Source of the DNA: Octopus bimaculoides
Taxonomy: Eukaryota
Direction of reading: 5' to 3'
Length of the DNA: 64,000 nt
Assembly (NCBI RefSeq): GCF_001194135.2
Contig: NC_068985.1
Span: 106,725,102-106,789,101 of the forward strand
The notes below the pieces were generated by a model. That model saw only the letters and a list, made by a program, of their open reading frames with translations. It did no database searches and was not told the DNA's origin. This document shows, one piece after another, positions 1-15,290 of the stretch. Made by a program: the position numbers and the translations under genes. Numbering within the stretch: the first letter of the stretch is position 1; every line of letters starts with the position of its first letter.

Positions 1-330
1 TGTAGCACTAATCTAATCTTAAGTATTCTATTGCATATTCTGACTACCACGATTACCTTATCAACCCATTTCTCCGCAAGAAGTATACCTACGCCCCTGA
101 CCCCGTCAGTGTTCCCTGCCCAGAAAATCTTGTACCTGTGTTCTTTGCTTGTGAGGAACCTAGCTGAACCTCCTCTCCACCTTACTTCTTAGATGCGGCA
201 CAAATGTACACATCTCCGTTCAAGCATCTCAACAATCTCACCAGACCTACCTTTCAGCGTGCCCACGTTGAGTGTCCCAACCCTAAAGGTGTGGGAGGTG
301 TGGGCCCGTGAGACCCTGGGATGAGGGACA
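1..330 (-). mobile_element. 5' part of an RTE-clade LINE ORF (AP-endonuclease N-terminus), running off the left end of the window
   Basis: Reads FRVGTLNVGTLKGRSGEIVEMLERRCVHLCRI*EVRWRGGSARFLTSKEHRYKIFWAGNTDGVRGVGILLAEKWVDKV with one stop (189-191) where Q of the QE motif is expected. Confidence 0.85.
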
Positions 331-533
331 GCAGCGTCATGTAACTGAAAAGAAAGCTTGCATTTGGCAGAATTCACAAACAAACAATAGCCTTCAACCT
401 GCATACACTACATCATCATTTTTATGCGCTATATGATCACTACTTTACATAGGAGATAAACCCTAAGTAGGGGTGAGGATGATGTTAAGCCTTTAGAAGT
501 GTTCATGGGAGACAACCAAAGGATGACAGAGGA

Positions 534-633
534 NNNNNNNNNNNNNNNNNNNNNNNNNNNNNNNNNNNNNNNNNNNNNNNNNNNNNNNNNNNNNNNNNNN
601 NNNNNNNNNNNNNNNNNNNNNNNNNNNNNNNNN
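534..633. other. Assembly gap (further gaps at 13313-13573, 32447-32569 and 41985-41994)
   Basis: Runs of N. Confidence 1.
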
Positions 634-1599
634 CATCTGGCCATGTTGTGGGAAAACAATGATATTGGAATACAGCTACACTATTTGGCACACTGAATTT
701 TATTTTATAGTAGATAAATACAGTTGCCCCATCGGAATCTACTTACCTATGACCAACCACCTCACCCAAAGTAGAACAAAATAGATATTTAATGAAGCCG
801 CAAAAGTTAAGGATTAAAATTTGCTGTATTTTCATTTGTTGAACCAGCAAATTTATTAATGAAATATTGCACAGATATTGTTAATTTGAAGTTGATGAAG
901 GATAGGAAACAAAAACAAAACAGGAATCTAATGTCATGTACTAACCCCCTAATCACATTCATTAGACCCTTTCTTGAAACAACTGTGAAGGACATGTATT
1001 TACTTATCCCTTTTTCAAGCTGGGAGACTGTATTCACCATAGTGAAAGCAAAATATTTATTAATTTGCTCTTCAGAAAAAGGGTTTCCTTAGTAAATTAG
1101 TAAGTGGGATTAAATTTTGTTTTAAACATTTACCTCTTTATAGATGGGTACCAGAAGAGTGTTTCCACCTTCTTGATAGTTTACTAATAAACAAATGTGT
1201 ATCATGAAGGCTTGGTAATGCAAAAGTTAATAATAGTCAAAGGAAACTTAAATATCCTCACATGATTGTGTAAATTAAGAGGTACTGGATTATCAGTAGT
1301 GTACTTATACTTAATTACTGGGTTACTGGATGGGAGTCAATTAAAATAACTCTGAATGCTGTGACCCAACATTGTCACAAGCCAAGGAGCCGAAAAATAA
1401 AAATAAATATCTAGAGCAGACCAAAAACTTGGATCCTTATAGTCCCTTATGATCTATGAATTATGCATTACACAGGATAATGTAGCAAATCATAACTTAT
1501 CCTTAAACTTGATGACATCTTGGAAGAACAATGTAAAAGAAAAAACAACATCACAGGATGGTGCTACACTATATTTTGTTTTTAGCATCATGAACTGGA

Positions 1600-2420
1600 C
1601 TTTGACATCATACCATCAAACTTATCAACCTGACGAACACAGACCTAGGAAAGATTAGTAAACATATTGTAGAGAAACATCATCCCCAGTGTGAAAGATG
1701 TAGCCCATGTTATACCTTAGAATAACACAATTACTGTCAGAGTAGTTCAAGCCTATCTTGAACAGACACAGAGAGGCATTAAGTACTACTATGAAAAAAA
1801 CCTAGATTTAACATTTAATTTTACAAACTCAAATCACTATTCATATCTAAAACTATATGAAGCACCAAGTTACATCCATAAAGACACCAATCACACACAA
1901 AATATATCATCAATAATTAACTTAGCAAATATCTCATGTAAAGCTTTGAAACAAACAAGCTAATGTTTACAGATGTAGTCTAATAATATAAAGTAACCCC
2001 GTCAAGATATGGGTTTACACAGAACTACATTGGTGGTCTAACAACAACGCTAGAAATAAGTATAGAAGTATTAGCCACCCTACAATATTCAAAATCTCCT
2101 TCAAACTAATTAGGAAATATTTCAGATTGCAACACAAACTCCCCAATTATCCAAAGCATATATAAATAGGCTTGACCTAATCCATTTAAGCTATATTATT
2201 TCCATCAAAAGCATATGTTTCAAAACCTATTTATAAGAAAGGACACAATGTTAGCCAAGTTACAACTGAGAACTGAAAATTAAGAACATATTGGAACATA
2301 TTGACTAAGGTATACCCATACTCAAGGAATAACAAAAAGTGTAACCTTTGTACAACCAAAAGTATAGATACACTAAGATGCTAACGTTAAGAGAATTGCA
2401 TCCTAAATACATATGACAAT
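1600..2420 (+). mobile_element. Decayed Penelope-like element (RT and GIY-YIG fragments)
   Basis: Fragments KLINLTNTDLGKISKHIVEK (from 1618), LDLTFNFTNSNHYSYLKLYEAPSYIHKDTNH and PYSRNNKKCNLCTT (~2315-2357) resemble PLE RT and endonuclease motifs; many stops and deletions. Confidence 0.7.
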
Positions 2421-3005
2421 GAAATCTTACAGTCACTATAGACTGTTAACATACCTGTAGAGGTCTAACAAACTACAAAAACATGCTCTTCCAAAGACTC
2501 AATTGAAACCTTTCTTATGAAATGTAAACATTACTATGCTCAATCTTCACTACACCACACTTCTATTTGCTCCAGGTTATGGTAATTACTGTGTGATAAT
2601 TTGTAAAATACTCTATGACTGGTTGATTCTTATTATGACATTTTCCACTCTTAGTGATTAAACCTCTCAGGAGGGATGTACATGCATTCATGTATTTAGA
2701 AATGTACACTGAGGCTTGTGTATATAAGTGTGTGTATATGTGAACCATACATATATCTACATATGTGTGGGTGTATGGATATATGTGTGTGTAGGTACAT
2801 ATCTTTATCTTCTATCTTTTACATGTTGCAGTCATTGGACCGTGGCCATGTTGGGGTACCATGACCTCAGTACTTATATTTTGAAACCTGGCACTTTATC
2901 AGTCTTTTGTCAAAACTAAATTACAGGGATGTAATCAAAGCAATACAATTGTCAAATGGTGGTGGGAAACAAACACAAACACATACACATATATCCACAC
3001 ACACA

Positions 3006-3048
<43 letters not shown>

Positions 3049-3552
3049 GATAAATAGATAAATACACACACACACACGATATATATATATGGTAGGCTTT
3101 TTTCAGTTTCTGTCTACCAAATCCACTCAAAATGCTTTGGTTGGCCCAAGGCTATAGAGAAGACACTTGCCCAAGATACCATGCGGCGACACTGAACCCA
3201 GAACCGTGTGGTTAGGAATCAAACGAGAGAGAGAGAGAGAGGTAATGGTTTTCTATTTTCATGTACATTAGGCTTTAAATAATGCACACTTTATATGTGC
3301 ATGAAGTTGAGTAAAAAGTCATCCAGACACATATACATAAGTCTATATTTATAGATATAATAGAAAATGAATGAACTGAAACACTTATGAGAGACTAAGT
3401 CCAAGTATGAATTCTGAACAGAACTAGTTTGCATGCAGGTGAGTGTAGATAGTTTGGCATATGCTAATACTGATATATAAGGAATATACTTATAAATATA
3501 GATATGCATGTGTATATATATATATATACACGTCTGTTGTTATTATTTGTAT

Positions 3553-3558
3553 ATTCTC

Positions 3559-3594
<36 letters not shown>

Positions 3595-3730
3595 GAGAAT
3601 TTACGAAAAAAAACAACAGACGAGGACAGGTGGTGTAAACAACAAAAGGATGTATTAGTTTAACGCTCGGGAATAGAGAAAGTCTTTAACGTTTCGAGCT
3701 ACGCTCTTCAACAGAATCAAATAAGGAGAA
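3553..3730 (-). mobile_element. Penelope-terminal-like repeat with a hammerhead-like motif; begins with a 48-nt perfect palindrome
   Basis: gggagaatttacgaaaa...gtattagtttaacgctcgggaatagagaaagtctttaacgtttcgagctacgctcttcaacaga; a related copy lies at ~27365-27480. 3553-3600 = attctccc(at)16gggagaat. Confidence 0.55.
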
Positions 3731-3740
3731 AAACAAGGAG

Positions 3741-3784
<44 letters not shown>

Positions 3785-5218
3785 AAGACTTGTGGGTTGG
3801 AGAAATACATAACAGCAATATGAGAGAGGAAAAAAAAAAAACGAAGAAACCCAGTAAACTAGTGATGTCAGCCAGCATCAACAACAGAAAAAATGGGGTG
3901 GGATTTGTAAAAATTCAAAAGGTTTTATAGAAATTGGAATTGCTTGGAATATGTTAATAGCTAAATAAGATATTTTGGAATAATTTGAGTATATTTGTAT
4001 TCATTATGCCAACAACATAAGGTAGGTTCTGGGGACCTTATAATAAGCTTTTGAACTGGAGATTTGAAATAGGTGAGACTCATCATGGAACGATATATTA
4101 AACTGAGGAAAATCAAACAGAAGCTTGGGCAGAATAAGAGGAACAATATAATTTGTATCAGAAGTGAAAAGCTGTAAAACAAGCACTGAATATCAATGAT
4201 ACCATTGAAATGAGTTCAAAAGCATTTAATTATAAATATTAAGGCAAAAATTTCAGAAAATGCTCTCCTTCACATAAATTCTCCAGTAACTGGAAGAGTT
4301 ATAGAAAAATCGATCATCATTTGGAAATAATTAAGAAATTTAACTTTTTAAGTAGAAATATGAAATTTAAAATTCAATTTTCCAGCAACTATAATAACTG
4401 AAATTCTTGCAATGTGAGTGAATTTGCAAGAATCAATACTGCAAATGTCTTCAGAGAAGTGTTATAATTGAGACTGGCATGCTGAGTAACTGACATGGCC
4501 ATAAACACTGTCAAAACCATTTGAAATATGAGAAAAGGGAATATATTTTCATTTGGAACAGACATTTGGCATGTTGCATTAGTGAGATGTTACTAGATTT
4601 ACTAAAGACATAATGTTACAGGCTGTACAGATACAGTTTACCATCATATCTTCAAACAGTTTTAACCATCTATAGTTTAGCTTTCAGAGATACCAAGATA
4701 TAAGTTAAATCTTTTATTAAAGAATTTTAAACAAATAGCAAATGATCAGACAAAAAATAGTCATGATGTCATCATAGAGTATATATGTACACACACACAC
4801 TTATATATTCATATATACATATATGTATACACATATACACATGTATGCATGTCATCAGTATCTCATCATATTAATGCCATCATTATCATTTTCAAATCCA
4901 CTTTAATATTTTCTATGGTTGGATGCCCTTCCTGTTGCCAACTTCACCTGTTTCCAAGCAAGGTAATACTCCTCCTTGCCTGTCATGTTTTCATGGCAGA
5001 TTGGAAACAAGGGACATTGCTTGTATGATGGCAATGCACATTTACACCTATGGAATGATATCATGTTAAAAGGACAGATACACATACACACACATACACA
5101 TTAAGAGCTTCTTTCAGTTTCCATCTACCAAATCCACTCACAAAGCTTTGATCAATCTAGAATTATATAAGTCAAGTACACACACATACATACATCTGTA
5201 TGTATGTGCAGATAACAT

Positions 5219-5265
<47 letters not shown>

Positions 5266-5954
5266 TAACCTTTTCTTAATCCCACTATAATGGAAATATG
5301 AACAGAAAGAGACTATAAAAGAGCTATTTAATGCTATTCAGAAGAATGAAATTACATTTTAAATATGTTAAAGACAAGAAGTGAATGAAATGAGATTGGC
5401 TTCCATGACAAGAGATGTCAGTGCATAGCGAAGAAATAGATTACCTAGCCATTACAACAACATAGTAGATTAATCATATTGTATTATCAGGTTGGAGGAA
5501 AGACAATTATTAAATGGGTTAAGAAAGGACTAGAAGTTAAAAAAATGATATTCAGTTTCCACATGGTTGTGTTGAAAGATAAGTTGAGAATGCACCATCT
5601 CTAATATAATGCAAAAATCTCATAAATAATTGATTATGAGATATCTCACTAATAGATCCGATTAACATTTTGGTTAATTAGTTTCTTTTTTTTCCTATTA
5701 AGAAATAATAATTAATATGAACAGACAATGTTTCTGTTTGACTTTTTGTTATGTTTTAGCAATGAGAGTGCACACCAACACAGCATCATGACAGAGGTGA
5801 TGCTGTGTTGAAAAATGACTGATAAAGTTGAAATTTAACCAGAATGGAGTTTAAAATGAGAAAAGAATTATCTAAAACTTGTAAAATATTTCAAAGAGAT
5901 CTGTATGTTTCATTTGAAGGATATAGACTTTCTTAAAATTTTCTGTACATAATG

Positions 5955-5992
<38 letters not shown>

Positions 5993-8630
5993 AAAGAAAT
6001 GAATTAATGTAGTGTTATGTCACTGTTGCTTTCCCTTTACAATGGGAACATGAGAGATATTGCTATAGATGAAGGACTTGAAGTATCAAACAAAAGATTG
6101 AAAACTGTAGAACCAGTCAAAGTGCAATATGTATTAGTTTTTTTTAATGTATTTTGTCCAACTGTTGTAAACAGCAATATCTTAGGGAAAATGAAGAATT
6201 GCTCTGCATCTATGCATGTGAACATATTTCTATAGTAATTTTGTTTTGGGTGGAACTTTCAATTTTTTAAATAGAGCTTAAATTACATTAAAATATATCA
6301 CGAATTGCTAAAAAGGAAAGTGAAAAAATAATTTTTCTTAGTAATTGTGTTAATAGAAGTCTATAACTTGTTAGCATTAGTAGACCCTGAGATTGAAGAA
6401 TAGACACTGACCTAATCTGTCAAGCAAACAAATGGCAAAAAAAAAGGCACATTATCTTTTTGATTGAGTAATTATTGTAGTGGGTATTCAACAACATATT
6501 CAAATAGAAAATATTCTAAGTTTTACAATTTCCTTTGAAATCCAGTTTTCTATCCTAGTATGGGTGAGGTGACATTTTCAAATTTCAACAGAGTATTTTG
6601 AGAAAAATTGGTTTTTAAGTTGGTGACAATTCAACTCAGTTATGAAGTAATAGAGAATGTGCCAGGAAACTAACATGATATAATGAGTTGTGTGCTGTGA
6701 CAACTGAAACACAACAACCTTAATATGATTTCAACTCATGACCATTTAGTCAGTGATCTAGCACTGCAAACACACAGGAATTGTGTTTTTATTATAAAGT
6801 AGATAAGTCTATATAATACTTAACAGAATACAAACAATATAAAAGGAATTAAAATAAAAAAAACCTAGATAAGATTTTTAACACTAAATGAATGATGATA
6901 ATGATACTACTTGAAAATGGTGATACAACACTTATATTGTACAGTTGCTACTATGTATACCAATCTGTATAGTTTAATTGTACTCTATTGTTGTTAGATA
7001 ATAACTTAAAAGTAAAATAATTTAAATGATAATATTAAAAGTATATTAAAAATATATATTATAGCTTCCTTTTGAACTCTAAAACAATAATTTCTGGGTG
7101 CCTAGTCATAGTGTATTCTCCATCTTTACACTGAAGTGTTCCATATGTTTTTCATATTATTGTTAACTGGGGATGGTAGAAAACTATTGCTGACATCTGG
7201 TACTAGTTGACAGTTCAAAACAAACTGCAATTAAATTAGTAGAGATCAATCAATTCTAAAGGAACCAGAAGATTAATACTCTTGGAAATGACAAGATTTT
7301 TGAAGTATATATACTAATATAGCTAACCAATGTAGAGTGTGCCATGTGGAGTATGTACTTGTTTTGAAGTATATACTCACTTTTATTGATAACTAGTGAA
7401 GTATGTACTTCTATTAAGAAGGATTTTAACTACATAAAACAATTGTTTAAAGTTTTTAAAATCTGCCAAAGTTATTTGAAAACATAGTAGTTACAGGGAG
7501 TTATAATGTACATCTTGAAAATGAAGATGGGGAATTTCCTGAAGTTTCTTATTATAAAGCAGAGACAGGGCAAGCAATTGATTGATATGTTTAATGAAAG
7601 TCCAAGATCACCTTCTCTCCCCCACTAGTTTTGTATCTTGACAGATATATTTGTAATTTTGAGACAGCTGGGATCAATCACAAATTTACGGCTTTTATTA
7701 AAGGGAAAGAAGTAATTTTTTCCTTGTGATTTTGCGATTGTGTAATTTGAAGCACTGATCATTTATCCATTTCTAAGCTATAATGGTTGCTAGATCTATT
7801 TTGTATCATAGTAAAGATAAGTATGGAATGCCGTGAGAGACTGATCATTATTTGCACAGCCGTGTTCATTAAAACTGATGCCATCTAGTTCAGTTGTGGG
7901 ATGAAAGTACATTAAATAGGGCAACATGTTCTGAAAATTCAACTACACTGCAAGATCTGATAATAGCTCTGGCCACATTTTATTAACAACCTCTGTTGGA
8001 ATAATATAGAACTTAATATAAGATATGAACCATTGTTAAAACAAATCACTGCCAGATATGCCTAGTCCTCCAAGACAATCCCATGATCTACTGTATCAAA
8101 TACTACATTTAACAGCAAAAGAAGATACAGGTTTGAAAGAACATAATTGATTTTCTTTTTTCCTCATCTAACAATTTTTAAGATGACTTTCTATTAACAT
8201 TTTTATGATTTCCTTCTTCACTGTTGATTTGCAGTTTTGTGACAGTGAATCAGAATATTATGGAAATAACATTCTACTTCAGTAAGTTTACATTTATCAT
8301 TAGCACTAATGATCTCCAACATAGATGTGACCTTATTCAATTATTTAATTTAAACTACAGCCTATTTTCAAATAAGAACAAAAATGAGAAGAAAGAATAA
8401 AAGAAAGAAATTTCATAATAATTGCCAGTTGAAATTTTACTGAACATCTCCATTCTTTTTCCTTTTTTATATTGCTATTTGTCTTTATTTCTTTGATGAA
8501 AATAATATGAAGATCAAAAAATTGTGATAGAGTTGAAAGTTAAAAACAAAAATATTTCAAGAACGGAACTCAAGAAGACATACTATCAGAATGGTCTAAT
8601 GACATCACAAGTTATGAAATTATTAGAGTG

Positions 8631-8691
8631 ATACATACATACATACATACATACATACATACATACATACATACATACATACATACATACA

Positions 8692-8759
<68 letters not shown>

Positions 8760-8764
8760 ATATT
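8631..8764. repeat. (ATAC)n followed by (AT)n microsatellite
   Basis: Seen directly in the sequence. Confidence 0.98.
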
Positions 8765-10666
8765 AATGTAGAAATGAAAACTAAATTTATGTATATTAAC
8801 ATGATATAATAACATATGAAAGAATGCAGTCATTATTTCTGATTACTTTTTTTTTATTAGTTTCAACCACTGAATTATCACAATTTAGGGAACTTCTTAA
8901 AGGGTTTAAATCAATTATATCAACCCCAGTAATTTGACTGATATTCATTTTACTGATCTCAAATGAGAGACAAGACATAAAATCAACTTGCTGTAATGGG
9001 TAGAAACCAATATGGAACAATATTCCAGATGGTATTTTTTGTTTGAAGTAACAATTTTCCCTCATTACACTGCTAACACAAAAAGTAGGACACCTTATTG
9101 GCTTATAAACCATTAGTATATTTGGTAGTATATTATGGTTCCAAAACAAAATAGGTATCCCTACCAGCGATTAATATGTACATACCAGTTTCCAGGAATG
9201 TTTTTAACATGTAAATTGGTCTATCTAGAAGTGTTATACCATTAAATTTAGTGGATATTTAAGCAATGTGTGTGTGGATGGTTAATAGGTTGGATGTGGT
9301 GCTGAAGAAGGTGCTGAAGAACTGAAATATGCATATAAATCCATTAGCTACTTTCTATCTTCAATCACATTGTTTATATAGATGTATTCATATATGAAAC
9401 AATATATTGGATAGTCTTCAGCTTGATAGAGAAAAAGTGTGACTGGGTAGGTAGATCTGAAGATCACACCTCTTCATTTGGTCAATAACTTATTATAGGA
9501 CTGCTTAATCAAGGCAAACCTGGGGTTAGGCAATAACAAGAGTAATAAACCTTATACATTTTAAATTTTTGAAAGTATTTCCAAGAAAAAAAGAAATTCG
9601 TTTTCCGATACTTTGGTACTCCAGCATGGTCAGATTCCCAGTGAAATGAAAGAATGTGAATTCTTAAAATTGCTCATAGAATTTAAGAACACAAGGAAAT
9701 ACAGAGTGAAATAACTGACAAAATAAACACCATACTGAAGGGAAAATAGTATTTCAAACTAGCTGTTTAATACATTAGTGATAGTTGTTCATAGCTTCAA
9801 CTTAAATCTTCAACAATTCAATATCTGGGTAACAGAATGATACAAATGGAACATTTCTAAATGTTCTATGTTTGCTACAAAATTTTAGAAGATGCTGTAA
9901 AGATAGTTGTTGTTCTGTTAGATCTCAACAGAGACAATTAATGGATAAACCTGTGAACCAGAAATAAGACATTGTGGAAATACAGAAACATCTTTAGAAA
10001 GAGTTACTCAGGAAGGTATATTGGAAACTGGGGTAAAAACCACCCTAACGAAGAGCTTCTCATTCAGCTTTCTTTTTGAATAGTTAAAAAGGAGTAAAAA
10101 AAAAATGTTAAAAAAAAATATGGTTTTAGATGAACAGAAGACTGAAAGGCAGTTTTGACAAGAAACATAAAAAAGATGAGAAAATAACTTGAAAGATTAA
10201 CTTGTAACATTTTGTATAAATGTTGACAGATGAGTTGAGATTAAAATATCTGGCTATGACTGGAACATTGTAAGAATCTAGCAGTTATTATTCTTAACTT
10301 CGCATATTTAATTATTGGATTTATCAGTGTGTGTGTGTGTGTGTATGTGTGCTGTGTGCTGTGTGCATACACACACGCATTGTGTGTGTGCATGCATATA
10401 TAACGATGATGAAGATGACGATGATGATGATGATGATGATTGGCAGTGTTGATGATGATGATGGCAATGGTGGGATGATCTGTTTTTTTCTTCTCTGAAA
10501 GTAAATTTTAAAATTTTCTAATTCTGAGCAACATTTCCACACATGCAATTTTAATTGTTTGTGACAAGAAGGTAAAGAAATATATCAGTAATAACAGTGA
10601 ACAGAAGATAATTTGTTTTGAATGATGCATTTGAGATGTTAACAGAATGAATAAACTTGATAACTA

Positions 10667-10777
<111 letters not shown>

Positions 10778-12449
10778 CTATTACAAGATACAGCAAGTAG
10801 GGAGGCAGATTGGTAGAAATAAATGAAATAAATATTGAAAAAAAAATATGTATATATATATGTGTGCGTGTGTGTATATATATATATATTAGAATAATAT
10901 GCGGCAACATTGCAAATAATGTTCCCACAAGAAAAGCAAAAAAGAAAGGAAGATGAATGACCCGTTAGCCAAGAAATAACACTTTATGTAACAAATCTTT
11001 AGTTGAACTTAGGTTGAACAATATATAAACATATATGTCATGTATGCCAAACCAATAACTTTAAAAACTTCTGACTTGATTTTTCAAATTATTATTATTA
11101 TTTTGAAATGATTTTAAAATTTATATTTTTAAATCAAAATTTTCATCTTTTTTTGTTTTTCTCTTTTGTCAAAAAATTCGGAAAAATATGTTATAATTTT
11201 TTTGACAAGCTGAAGGTAATTTCCAACCAAAAACCATTTTTTTTTTAAAATCATTAATTTGATTGAGTCAATTTGCAGTTTGTAATAAGTTTTTCTAATG
11301 ACAACAACATTTTATGATTCAAAGTGGCAACAGAAGTCAGGAAAATATTATTTATAATAATGTTATTAGATTAGCAGAATGAACAGTTATCAATACAGCT
11401 CATTGCAGGAGTACAGTCAGAGTTACAATTATACTTTGAAAAGTTTAAATGCCTTAAAAATGTTTTTTTGGTGCAAATTAACTAACTCTCTAACACCAAG
11501 TTGAACATCAGATCTGCAAACACAACTTAGTCTCAATTGGAGTTATTTTCAGTACAGGAAGATAGGCCAAAAGGAGCATAAGTCTATATTCCTATTCTCA
11601 AAACAATCAGACAATAAGGTAAGTTTATTTCTTGACCAACGTTTCATGAAATTATGTAATATTTTACATGAGAAATAATATTAGGAATAAGTGGATAAAG
11701 TCAACTAATTTTTTTTTAAACTTCTTGAGAAATGCAATACTATAGTGGAAATAAAGAAAAAAAGCAGTAAGAAAAAAAAAAAAAAATCATATGCGAACAT
11801 TTCAACAAATTTTAAAATATTCAATAAAATATAAATTTTGAATATAAAAGTGAACTGCTTTTGAAAGAGCAAACAAGAATAAAATTTACATTTTTTTTCT
11901 AAATTAAATTTGAAAAAAACGATAACAGCAAAATATCAAGATTTTGTAAATTTATAAAAAAATTAAAAGAGAATGTTAGAGTAATATAATAAAAAAATTT
12001 CAAAAAATTGAGTATAGAATATAAGAAAAGAAGAAAATTAAACAAATTAATTTAGAAATACCTATGTCTACTAAATAGATAGTCCTTCATTCTCTTGACG
12101 AAATAGCTGAGAGGGAGATTAATCTCAAAATGAAACAATGTGTTAACAATTTCAAAATTCTAACTATAAACATTTGAAATTAAAAAGATTAATATGATAT
12201 CAAAATGCTATGCAGATCATTCAAAAAGGGGAAAATTTGTGAATATGAAACAGAAAAGGGAAATTGAAAGGACAAATATTAATAGTTTTTATACATGTCT
12301 TTTTTTTTTATCCAACTCTATCTTATGTGTGACAAACATGTAGCTGAGAAATCTTTTCCCAAGAGGTAGAAAGAAATTTGTTTTAACACATGAACTATTT
12401 CAACATGTTAATACATTAGCAGTAGAGGTTAGTTTTTGTTTGATAACAC

Positions 12450-12527
12450 CACTCTTAAGACTTGTCTTTTACATATTTATTTCTGTTCTATCATACCAAT
12501 TGGCATATACTCAAGGTGTCTTAGGTG

Positions 12528-12579
<52 letters not shown>

Positions 12580-12760
12580 GCATGCTTTTCTTTGCATTGC
12601 CAATGAACTTATCAACTCCACTCATAAGTCATGCCTTTTAAGTATTTATTTATGCTCTATCATTCCAACTGGCATATTTTCTAAGTGTCTTCAGGTTCTT
12701 TATACACACACACACACACACACTTTCCTTTACCTTGTCAATGAACTCACCAACTTTAAT
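12450..12760. repeat. Old tandem duplication, two diverged ~160-nt units each containing a (CA)n tract
   Basis: tatttatttctgttctatcataccaattggcatat...(ca)n...gccaatgaacttatcaact recurs as tatttatttatgctctatcattccaactggcatat...(ca)n...gtcaatgaactcaccaact. Confidence 0.7.
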
Positions 12761-15099
12761 TGCAATGTACAGGATCTGGCATTTTTATCCATTGAGTGGG
12801 AAAGTATAGTGAATAAGAAATTTGAACACTGTAAGTGGTATAAAGTATTCTGAGTTCTATCTTGACTCAAAGATAGGTGTGAATATAAAAAAAATAATTA
12901 ATTGTACCCAAAGACTATAAAAAAAATTTACCAGGATAAAAAGCAGCATTGAAACTAAAATAAAATCAAAATAAGAATAAAACCTTAAACAAGATGAGAT
13001 TAATATTTTAATCCCTGTTTACCATTTTGATAATGATGTCTCTCAGACAGTGAGACATTTTAACATGGAAGTCTGTTGACTGAATTATCAAAAATAGTGG
13101 CAGAAAACATTCAAGAAAATGATGTAAAAGTAGAAGAGAAAGAGAAAAAAAATTAGTTAGGGAAAAAAGAATTTTCTTTTCATCAATTTCACAATTGAAT
13201 GCTGTCTGTTACAGTAGTAATAATAATTCAAAATACAGCTGTTTTGCATAGTTTTAGTGAGTTTAATCCTGTATAACAACTCAAAAATGTAAAAAAAAAA
13301 AAAAAAAAAAAANNNNNNNNNNNNNNNNNNNNNNNNNNNNNNNNNNNNNNNNNNNNNNNNNNNNNNNNNNNNNNNNNNNNNNNNNNNNNNNNNNNNNNNN
13401 NNNNNNNNNNNNNNNNNNNNNNNNNNNNNNNNNNNNNNNNNNNNNNNNNNNNNNNNNNNNNNNNNNNNNNNNNNNNNNNNNNNNNNNNNNNNNNNNNNNN
13501 NNNNNNNNNNNNNNNNNNNNNNNNNNNNNNNNNNNNNNNNNNNNNNNNNNNNNNNNNNNNNNNNNNNNNNNNNATATATATATATATATATACATACACA
13601 TACACAAATTGAAAAAAGAGGACCGGTTATGTTTCCATTTCATTTTATGGTAACTGAATTTGTTTTTCATTTAAACACTTTAGAGTTTAAACCAGCCATA
13701 TCTGGCCACAATATTCTACCTGTATTTTGTTTAAACTGGTAAGATCAAACTTCTCACACCTACCCTATAATGTTATTTTAAAAATAAACAATCACATCAT
13801 CAAAATCTGAAAGGCCTAAGATGCATGATTAATTCAAAGCAATATGAATAAATAAGAATTGCATTTGACAGAGTAATCTGAATGCTAAAGGGTTAAATAT
13901 TTGATATACTTTTTTTTTAATTGCCATATTTTAAAAAATATACAGTCCCTACATTTCAAGGAATTTTGTAAATAATTAAGATTTTGAACAGGTTTTGTAA
14001 AATGACTAACCTTATTTTAATAACTGAATAAGTTAGTGTTTGACCATAACAAAACATTCTTAAAATAATGAAGGATTTTAATTCATGTGAGAGCACTTGG
14101 AAAACTGGATGTACTTTAGACTCACAAGTTATAGCTTGCGTGTTTGGTATCAAAACAGTTAAGCTCCATATCTTACTCTTGAATGTTCATAATTCAAACA
14201 TAAGATTTAATAAGAGGATTCAAATGCAGGCTGAAACCCACTAAATGAAGTTTTATTCATAATGCAGCAGCATATGCTTAACCTCTTTTTAACAAACATG
14301 TCCTAAAATCAATGAATTACAGTGAAAATAACTATACCCACCTTACCCCACCTTATACACCCAAAAAGAACTTCCCAGCTAAACAGTTTTGACTTATTGG
14401 AAACAAATACATGAGGTTAGAAAGATACATAAACATTTCAGATATTGGATAAAATATTCAATTTCCTAGCTACCTATTTTCTTTCTCTTCTTACATTGGG
14501 TTGTGAAATTCTGCTGGAAAATTGCAAAATAAATTACACACACAACTCTGTAAATTGATCTTAACTGTTGTTCTTGTTATCATCATTACTATTATTATTT
14601 ATTATTACCATAAATATAACATTTCACTGGAATTTCACAGTTAAATATAAACTTTTATTCAGTAATAATTAGATTCTACAGGGAGTAGTGGGGATATAAA
14701 AATATTTTTTTATCAAACACACAAACACTAACAAGGAACATGCTTTAAAATGGATTACGAATCAATAACAGTTGTATAGTTGATTTCCATCGAATATTAA
14801 AGAATTTTTGTAAACCCCTTTTAGTTATGAAATAAATTGGAACTCTTTATGTATGAACTTGTAGAATTGCTGGCAAAATTGAAAATATTGTCATATTAAT
14901 CTTTCACTTGACTTGCAAAACATATTTGTAGTACTAATGAATAGTAGTAACAACTGCTGACAAGACAATGAACACCTTCTTATGAAGATGACAAAGTGTC
15001 AGATAATGGTAATGTATTGGTCAATTTTAGAGAGGGGGTGTTTGTATTGCAGTGTGTTGTGCATTGAAAGAAGAGGGTTAGAAAATTAGAAACTAATAT

Positions 15100-15153
<54 letters not shown>

Positions 15154-15239
15154 GTTTTTTTTTTTTTGCTACAGAGCCTTGAGATGAAGTGGACATTTAC
15201 AAAGACAAGTTACAAACAGTGAGGTGGCCTTATACAGAA

Positions 15240-15290
<51 letters not shown>

